64,000 nucleotides of DNA, from positions 3,424,001 to 3,488,000 of the forward strand of contig CAXXLX010000001.1 in NCBI GenBank assembly GCA_963665235.2. Reading direction: 5' to 3'. A program made the translations under genes and the position numbers. This stretch comes from Candidatus Poribacteria bacterium (GTDB taxonomy: Bacteria > Poribacteria > WGA-4E > WGA-3G). Shown here one piece after another: positions 57,781-64,000 of the stretch. The notes under the pieces were generated by a model. The model was not told where the DNA came from. It saw nothing but the letters and a program-made list of their open reading frames with translations, and did no database searches. Every line of letters begins with the position of its first letter. Position 1 is the first letter of the stretch.

Positions 57781-58090
57781 TTGTCTGAATGCACGTCGCA
57801 TTTGGGCGAGTCCGCCGCAAATCGCGGATTTTCGCGGATTGTAAATTAGCGATTGGCAATTGGCGATTAGCGATTAGCAAGAGGGAGAGGACATCGCTTA
57901 TAGTAAAGTTGGAAAATAAATGGACATTGACTTTAAGACCCCCCTTTATCCCCCCGCCCGCGGGGGCAGAGGAAAACCGGGCGTTTTTGCCACATTGCCA
58001 TGTATAAATAATTGTAAGCTTTACTATATGTGTAGGTATCGGACAATCCGCGTCATCTGCGTAATCTGCGACACTCTGTGATTCAGACAA
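57781..58090. mobile_element. Nested composite of small elements (outer TTGTCTGAAT/ATTCAGACAA IR, heptamers, inner TA-MITE 57901-58026)
   Basis: Outer 10-bp IR; (TTAGCGA/TTGGCAA)n at 57846-57880; inner TIR TAGTAAAG/CTTTACTA flanked by TA, with a C/G-rich hairpin. Confidence 0.7.
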
Positions 58091-59201
58091 CATTCTCCAA
58101 ATCCAGCCAATTATTACTGTCTACTGCTTCTGTAGACTGGTCAAAATTCCAAGTTTGGGGTTTCGTTGAATAGGTAACATCAAAGATATTATCTCCGCAT
58201 GTGTGAATCTCTTTTAAGCCGTTCAAGAGAATAAACTGCTCTTGGCTCGTTACCACCGGACACCCGTAATACCTGTTTATATATTTCAACGCTCCCGAAT
58301 TTTGGATTCGGTTTTCGACAAACGCCAGGTGTTTTCTCAATCTATTGTGCAAATAATCGTTTGAAAAATCGACGACATGATTGGCAATCGGACGAATAGC
58401 GTGTTGAAAGCTTTTGTCGATTTCAACACCAATACTGTTACGTCCCGATGTCATCGCGGCGGCGGTCGTGGTCCCCGTACCCAAAAACGGATCGAGTATA
58501 ACATCGCCTTTCACAGAATACATATTGATCAGACGATACACCAAATCGAACGGAAATGCTGCACTTCTCGAGCGCGACACTGCCTCTGGAAGTTTTTGCT
58601 CCGTTCCCTTAATATCCATCCAAACATCCGAGTACCAGATATTTCGCTCTTCCCAAAACAGGGCACTTTCGCGCCTATTTTCTTTTTCGGCATCCGTTTT
58701 AAATTCTCTTTTCGGGCCCTTCCTGACTATCAGAATGTACTCGTGTTCCAGCGTCACATAAGCCCCTGCTGGCAGCATGCCCGACCCCATAAATTTATTA
58801 GGCGTATTCGCCTGTTTTCGCCAGAGGATATCGGGAAGTGCTGAAAACCCGATATTTAAGAGGTGTGTCAAGATTCTCGCGTGGTTCGGATACAAACAAA
58901 AATCATCTCGGACCTTCCGTGTCGCATCACCGATATTTATGCATGCAAATCTACCCTCCTTTAAAACTCTGAACACTTCATCCCATACAGCGTCAAGAAT
59001 CTCGTGCATCAACCGGTATGCCTGCTTCCCATCGCCGCTGGCTAATGCATCCTGAATCTCTGGATTTTGATGACTAAACATCTCATCCCACATCTGAATC
59101 ATGGGATATGGCGGGGAGGTAACGACAAGGTCAACGGTTCCTGATGGAATTTCTTTCAAATCTCGGGCATCTTGAAAAAAGATATTGTGAGTAGTTTTCA
59201 T
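58083..59201 (-). CDS. Site-specific DNA methyltransferase (N4-C/N6-A, beta class), orphan
   Basis: VDLVVTSPPY, AAFP, ILDPFLGTGTT, GVEID. Confidence 0.9.
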   Translation of the reverse strand: MKTTHNIFFQDARDLKEIPSGTVDLVVTSPPYPMIQMWDEMFSHQNPEIQDALASGDGKQAYRLMHEILDAVWDEVFRVLKEGRFACINIGDATRKVRDDFCLYPNHARILTHLLNIGFSALPDILWRKQANTPNKFMGSGMLPAGAYVTLEHEYILIVRKGPKREFKTDAEKENRRESALFWEERNIWYSDVWMDIKGTEQKLPEAVSRSRSAAFPFDLVYRLINMYSVKGDVILDPFLGTGTTTAAAMTSGRNSIGVEIDKSFQHAIRPIANHVVDFSNDYLHNRLRKHLAFVENRIQNSGALKYINRYYGCPVVTSQEQFILLNGLKEIHTCGDNIFDVTYSTKPQTWNFDQSTEAVDSNNWLDLENVV

Positions 59202-59351
59202 GCTGATTATTAAACGGAAAAGTTCTGAGGGTATTTCCCCTTAATTTTTTATCAAGATAGAAGCTTGACAAAGCAAGGCAGCAACACTGTTTTTAAGTTT
59301 AACACATATTTCACACTGTTTGCAAATTAAAATTTGTGAGAATCAGACGTA

Positions 59352-61277
59352 TCAATGCCACACAATGTATGTTGGCATTTCCAGGACCAACCCGATTAAA
59401 CTCCACACACATCCAAGCGTATAATCTCCCAAAATTAACCCCAAAAAGAACGGCACTGCTTGACGATAGAGTTTTACACCGCCAACCTTCAGCACAATCG
59501 CTTTCGCCAACCAACTGAGAAAGATGGGAAACCACAAACCGCCTATCCCTGTGCCACTTACTAACACATAACCGCCCGGATGCAAAGGCCACCAAAGAAA
59601 CCGGATTTTCATAATCATCAAACCTATTGTAAATAGGAAACTGCTGCCGATAACACCAAGTTCGGGAAAACCTGTTTCTCGTGGTGTGATGAGCCATCTT
59701 TGTAGACGATTGAACGTCTCCCATCCCATATAGACAATCCAGCCGCGTGCCTTGTTCCCCGCCCCCATATCGTAAAGGACGTGCAGGTATGCCCAGAACG
59801 TTATCAGAATACCGAATACAATTGCCAAAATCATCCCGATAAGCAGCTGCCTGTATCCGATGCGACTCCGCTCTGCCAGACGAAATGCTTCTAATTCACT
59901 CGGTGTTGGGTGTGCGCGGAAACAACGCACAAACGGATAGAGAAACGTTAATCCTGTCAGATTGCCTGCACCGAGCCGTCGCGTGCCTAACGCCAAAACC
60001 ATAGTTCGCCCCGGGTCAACAAGGATAAGCTGATGAAGTGGCGGGCCAATTTCAGCACGCATCCGTGTGATACCGATAATCATCGGGAAATATATGAGAA
60101 AAAAGAGCCCTATCGCCCAAAACGTCATTCCCATCTGATGGCAGAAAAAGAATAGAAAGAGCAGCCCGACGGTGAACAATCCCGCCGCGGTTCTGTAGCG
60201 CATCGGTTCACCGGAGTCGTCGGGCGCGGATGTGCCGCGCTGTGGCGCGATGCCAAAAACTTTACGGATAATGCGTCCGTAATGCCGCCGTCCCATCCAC
60301 AACGGAATCAGTCCGAACGCAATCCAGGCACCTGTCTGCTGTTCAAGAGCGTAGATGTTTCTTGCACCGAAAGCATCTGTAACAATCAGTTGGATTCGGC
60401 TGAGCAGCCAGAAAAACCAACACGAAAAGGACAAATCCAGCGGTGTAAAAAACATCAATCCGATGCTGAACGGATAGAATGAGATACGAATCGGGCCCAT
60501 CGCGCTCCACGGTTTTGAATTGAATTGCCCGATTGTTTTTCCCTTAAGCGGTAAGGCGGGAATCTCCGGAAATAGATAGCTGAACCCGTTCAGTAATTCT
60601 GCTGCACCTGCAAGCGCGAACCCTAACCACATCCACGGTGAGGTAAAGAAACGTTTCGGATTGCTTGTTAAAGCCAACGGGAGTTGGACAATCGGATAGT
60701 TTAGCCGTTCGTTTTCTGTCCACTGCTTTCGAAGAAAAACGGTTACCGCTAATAACGTCAACCACAGTGCAATCACGAAGGCGGACCAGGTGAGAACAGG
60801 CAGTAGCCATGCGTTTAGCGTCCCAGCGGTGTAGAGGGTAGAGTCGCCTTCATAGAAACCTGCCAGCACACGGGTATCCTTGACAGCGAGCCAGGTTGGC
60901 ATGTGATGTCCAAAAAGCGGAATCCATTCGTTTTCAGCGGATGCGAATTGGAAAACATGCGCGAGGGCAGGAATGAGATACCCCATCATTGTATGGCCGC
61001 TGATAGTTGTTAGCATCACAACCATCACATAGAGGGTCTGTAAATCTGCTTGCGACATCGCCAGACGGGACGCAAATCGCTGCAGCAGGAGATTGATAAG
61101 AACGAGAACGAAAAGCGTGAAAACTGCGTTAAAGAACAGTGAAGCGATTGTCAATTGTGTTGAATGCCATACCTCGCTTCCCATCAGACACCAGTAGCTA
61201 TTGAAAGCGACTAGTGCTAATCCGATTAGCAGGATATGCGGTTTGACCTTTTTCCGATTTTCATTGTCCATTCCCAC
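59352..61277 (-). CDS. Polytopic membrane protein (DUF6785/6784-like, transporter-like)
   Basis: Many TM segments; RKQW.ENERL.YPIVQLP, RMRAEIGPP, WWPLHP.GY, PFFLGLILGD. Confidence 0.7.
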   Translation of the reverse strand: MGMDNENRKKVKPHILLIGLALVAFNSYWCLMGSEVWHSTQLTIASLFFNAVFTLFVLVLINLLLQRFASRLAMSQADLQTLYVMVVMLTTISGHTMMGYLIPALAHVFQFASAENEWIPLFGHHMPTWLAVKDTRVLAGFYEGDSTLYTAGTLNAWLLPVLTWSAFVIALWLTLLAVTVFLRKQWTENERLNYPIVQLPLALTSNPKRFFTSPWMWLGFALAGAAELLNGFSYLFPEIPALPLKGKTIGQFNSKPWSAMGPIRISFYPFSIGLMFFTPLDLSFSCWFFWLLSRIQLIVTDAFGARNIYALEQQTGAWIAFGLIPLWMGRRHYGRIIRKVFGIAPQRGTSAPDDSGEPMRYRTAAGLFTVGLLFLFFFCHQMGMTFWAIGLFFLIYFPMIIGITRMRAEIGPPLHQLILVDPGRTMVLALGTRRLGAGNLTGLTFLYPFVRCFRAHPTPSELEAFRLAERSRIGYRQLLIGMILAIVFGILITFWAYLHVLYDMGAGNKARGWIVYMGWETFNRLQRWLITPRETGFPELGVIGSSFLFTIGLMIMKIRFLWWPLHPGGYVLVSGTGIGGLWFPIFLSWLAKAIVLKVGGVKLYRQAVPFFLGLILGDYTLGCVWSLIGLVLEMPTYIVWH

Positions 61278-62001
61278 ACCTGCTGATGTGCTGTAGTGCT
61301 TTCTGTAAAACCGCCTTGTTGCTATAGTGTGACAACGTGTTTTGTGCTGCCGTATCCCCTGCTACAGCTTTAATTGCTTCATACAACAGTGGTAATGCCC
61401 GTACAACGTTGTCTACGATGGTGATGTTTGCGTGTTCTGCTGTCCGGGACATCGGATTCAGGTCGATGGTTACCACCGCTTTGCCCATCTTCCGAAGAGC
61501 CTCACACCGGTCGCCATCTTCGAGCGGTACGAAGACGACATCCGCTTTAAAGATGCCCTCCGGATTCACAAACTTCCGATTGGAGTCGATATAGGAGAGC
61601 TGCGCTTCGGCTGTAGGCATAAGCACATCTGGAGCACCGTGCTGTAGGAGATGCGTTCGGATTTTCTGTTCCCGTCCTGTTTCTGTGTGAAAGATGTTCA
61701 CCTCCAGCGGTGCGTTCAGGATGCGTCCCAATTCAATGAGCGCGTCTGGCACTAACGCCGCCACATTTCCATTGACAGAGATAATCGGATGTTTGGCGAG
61801 ATGGAGCATCGCTGCAGCAGCATAAATCGCCTCGGTTGCAAACGGTTGTGTTGTCTCTCCGATAAGGTAATCGAAGGCCTCCCCGCGTCCGTGCGCGATG
61901 AGACCGTGGATGGAGGTAATGCCTCGCTGGACACCTTCGACAATCTTGTCACGCAATGTCAGAGAGAGGTAGCGGGGGTGAGTTTTGGGAACGTCGCTCA
62001 A
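61261..62001 (-). CDS. Archaeal-type 4-phosphopantoate--beta-alanine ligase (phosphopantothenate synthetase)
   Basis: HPRYLSL, GLIAHGRGEAFDYLIGE, ISVNGN, VPLEDGDR.EAL, IDLNPMSRTA, IVDNVVRA. Confidence 0.88.
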   Translation of the reverse strand: MSDVPKTHPRYLSLTLRDKIVEGVQRGITSIHGLIAHGRGEAFDYLIGETTQPFATEAIYAAAAMLHLAKHPIISVNGNVAALVPDALIELGRILNAPLEVNIFHTETGREQKIRTHLLQHGAPDVLMPTAEAQLSYIDSNRKFVNPEGIFKADVVFVPLEDGDRCEALRKMGKAVVTIDLNPMSRTAEHANITIVDNVVRALPLLYEAIKAVAGDTAAQNTLSHYSNKAVLQKALQHISRCGNGQ

Positions 62002-62078
62002 TTGTGTAACACCTCAGCGCAAGTTTACGTCTATTATACAAGGTTTTGGATACGTTTTCAAGCCCCGCGGAATGAAAT

Positions 62079-62107
62079 TTGATTCTTAACCCGAATTCTG
62101 CTATAAT
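62079..62107 (+). promoter_or_regulatory. Promoter of sugar ABC ATPase-tsaE
   Basis: TTGATT-17-TATAAT (TG extension). Confidence 0.6.
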
Positions 62108-62143
62108 AAAATAGAAATTTTGATATAGGAGTGGCGATGAACG

Positions 62144-63679
62144 ATGACACCTCCACTGCTTGATATGCAGGCAATTACTAAAGATTTTCCCGGGGTCCGC
62201 GCCCTGGACAACGTGTCGTTTGGGGTACGTTCCGGTGAGATTCATGCTCTGTGTGGAGAAAATGGGGCGGGCAAATCGACGTTGATTAAAATTCTCGGGG
62301 GTGTCCATCCATACAACACTTACGAGGGACAGCTGCGAATTGAGGGTGTCGAAAAACGGTTCCATAACGTGCGCGATGCAGAACGCGCCGGTATTGCTAT
62401 TATTCATCAGGAGTTGGCACTGATTCCGGAGATGACCGTCGCTGAAAATATCTATCTCGGTCAAGAGCCTCAACAATTCGGTATTATTGACAGGCACCGT
62501 TTGTATCGGGACGCAGCTGAACTCCTCTCGCAGTTTGGATTGGATATTCCGCTGCAATCGCCTGTCCATGAACTCGGTATTGGGCAGCAGCAGTTGGTGG
62601 AAATTGCCAAGGCTTTATCTCGCGATGCACGGTTGCTTGTACTTGACGAACCGACTGCGGCATTGACTGAAAGTGAGGTGGATATCCTTCAACGCATCCT
62701 ACTGCAGCTACGCGGGCAAGGGGTGGCATGTATCTATATCACCCACAAACTCAAGGAGATATTTCAAATTGCTGACCGGGTGACGGTCCTACGCGATGGC
62801 GAAACAGTTGCGACGCAATCAATTGATGAATGCACCGAGGCAGTCTTAATTTCACAGATGGTCGGTAGAGAGCTCACCGCACGCTTTCCAAATCGTGAGG
62901 GTAAATCTTCGCTTGTTTCGGAACAAAAGGTTGCCTTACGGGTACAGAATTTAAGCACCTATTCCTCGAAACCCCCGCGGCTTGAAGGAATTACATTTGA
63001 GGTGAGATGCGGCGAAATCCTTGGGCTTGCCGGACTTATGGGAGCAGGAAGAACTGAACTGATTAACGTCATTTTTGGGGCGTACCAGGGGAAATGGAGC
63101 GGGCGGGTCTTTAGAGATGACAAACCTGTTCAGATTCGGTCCCCGCGCGATGCAATACGGCACGGAATGGCACTCGTCAGCGAAGACAGGAAACGATATG
63201 GGCTCATCTTGGATACCGATGTCGTTCGCAACATGACGCTTGTGAACCTCGGTTCATCGAAAGAAATGGTGTCGCACGGTGTTATTGACCGTAAGGTGGA
63301 ATTTCAGAAAAGTGAACATTATGTGGATATGCTTCGAATCAAGGCGGCTTCGTTAGACGCTTCTACGCGTCAACTCAGTGGGGGCAATCAGCAGAAAGTC
63401 GTTTTAGGCAAATGGTTGATGATACATCCGATGGTCCTCTTCCTTGATGAACCCACACGTGGGATTGATGTCGGTGCGAAGGTGGAGATACACACTCTGA
63501 CAGCACAACTCGCTGACCAAGGCGTTGCCGTTGTGCTTGTCTCATCTGAACTGCCCGAAATCCTGGGGATGAGCGACCGAATCTTAGTACTACACGAAGG
63601 CAAAATTACGGGAGAATTTGTGAACGAAAATGTGACGCAGGAGGATATCTTGCGATGCGCAGCGGGAGCGAAAACGTAA
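62144..63679 (+). CDS. Monosaccharide ABC transporter ATP-binding protein (XylG/RbsA-like, double NBD)
   Basis: GENGAGKSTL, LDEPT, GLMGAGRTEL, LSGGNQQK, DEPTRGIDVGAK. Confidence 0.92.
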   Translation: MTPPLLDMQAITKDFPGVRALDNVSFGVRSGEIHALCGENGAGKSTLIKILGGVHPYNTYEGQLRIEGVEKRFHNVRDAERAGIAIIHQELALIPEMTVAENIYLGQEPQQFGIIDRHRLYRDAAELLSQFGLDIPLQSPVHELGIGQQQLVEIAKALSRDARLLVLDEPTAALTESEVDILQRILLQLRGQGVACIYITHKLKEIFQIADRVTVLRDGETVATQSIDECTEAVLISQMVGRELTARFPNREGKSSLVSEQKVALRVQNLSTYSSKPPRLEGITFEVRCGEILGLAGLMGAGRTELINVIFGAYQGKWSGRVFRDDKPVQIRSPRDAIRHGMALVSEDRKRYGLILDTDVVRNMTLVNLGSSKEMVSHGVIDRKVEFQKSEHYVDMLRIKAASLDASTRQLSGGNQQKVVLGKWLMIHPMVLFLDEPTRGIDVGAKVEIHTLTAQLADQGVAVVLVSSELPEILGMSDRILVLHEGKITGEFVNENVTQEDILRCAAGAKT

Positions 63680-63683
63680 CGTC

Positions 63684-64000
63684 ATGGAAAAAACATTTAA
63701 AACAGAGAACCCAGCGGAAACACAAGCACTCGGTGAACAGCTCGGCAAAACGCTTAAACCGGGCGATGTTATCGCGCTGATTGGCGACCTTGGTACCGGA
63801 AAAACATGCTTAACACAAGGCATCGCGCGCGGCATCGGTATCGCCCCAGGGGAGGTTGTCAGCAGCCCCTCCTATATTCTCATTAACGAATATAACGGAA
63901 CAATCCCTATCTATCACATCGATCTGTATCGACTTGAAACTGCTGAGGAGATTGCCGAACTCGGCATAATTGAATATGTGACAGGCGATGGCGTATGTAT
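63684..64000 (+). CDS. tsaE: tRNA threonylcarbamoyladenosine ATPase, partial (runs off window)
   Basis: Manual translation MEKTFKTE...GDLGTGKT...VSSPSY...HIDLYRL. Confidence 0.9.
   Translation, partial: MEKTFKTENPAETQALGEQLGKTLKPGDVIALIGDLGTGKTCLTQGIARGIGIAPGEVVSSPSYILINEYNGTIPIYHIDLYRLETAEEIAELGIIEYVTGDGVC

Overview
This is a 64-kb bacterial chromosomal window, probably Ca. Poribacteria or similar. The assignment is an inference from the 'VEPxxKLxTTWGxIK' C-terminal motif, a sulfatase, multiple Rpn/AAA/TPR paralogs and MITE-rich intergenic DNA. The housekeeping backbone includes rpsB-tsf-frr-cdsA-dxr-rseP (no pyrH or uppS), udg, priA, trpS, mqnEA-fur-iscU-iscA, sbcCD, queE, a frameshifted queC, a heterodimeric ABC exporter and tsaE. 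Accessory content is dense. (1) Two rpn (PD-(D/E)XK) genes are each followed by a separate tandem copy of their C-terminal RpnS-antitoxin-like module, and a third orphan module is present. (2) A MITE family (TIR TACCATTT, TTA target duplication) carries expandable 31-33-bp tandem arrays of a GTAG-hairpin repeat; one copy rewires the rpn promoter. (3) A promoter-driven, tnpB-less IS200/IS605 right-end/omegaRNA-like structured RNA lies upstream of a NERD-SF1 helicase, which faces four 'accordion' TPR paralogs. (4) There are several other MITE/REP/heptamer repeat families and tandem paralog pairs with a variable 5' part and a near-identical 3' part. No CRISPR-Cas, tRNA or rRNA was seen. All calls come from reading the sequence by eye; no searches were run.
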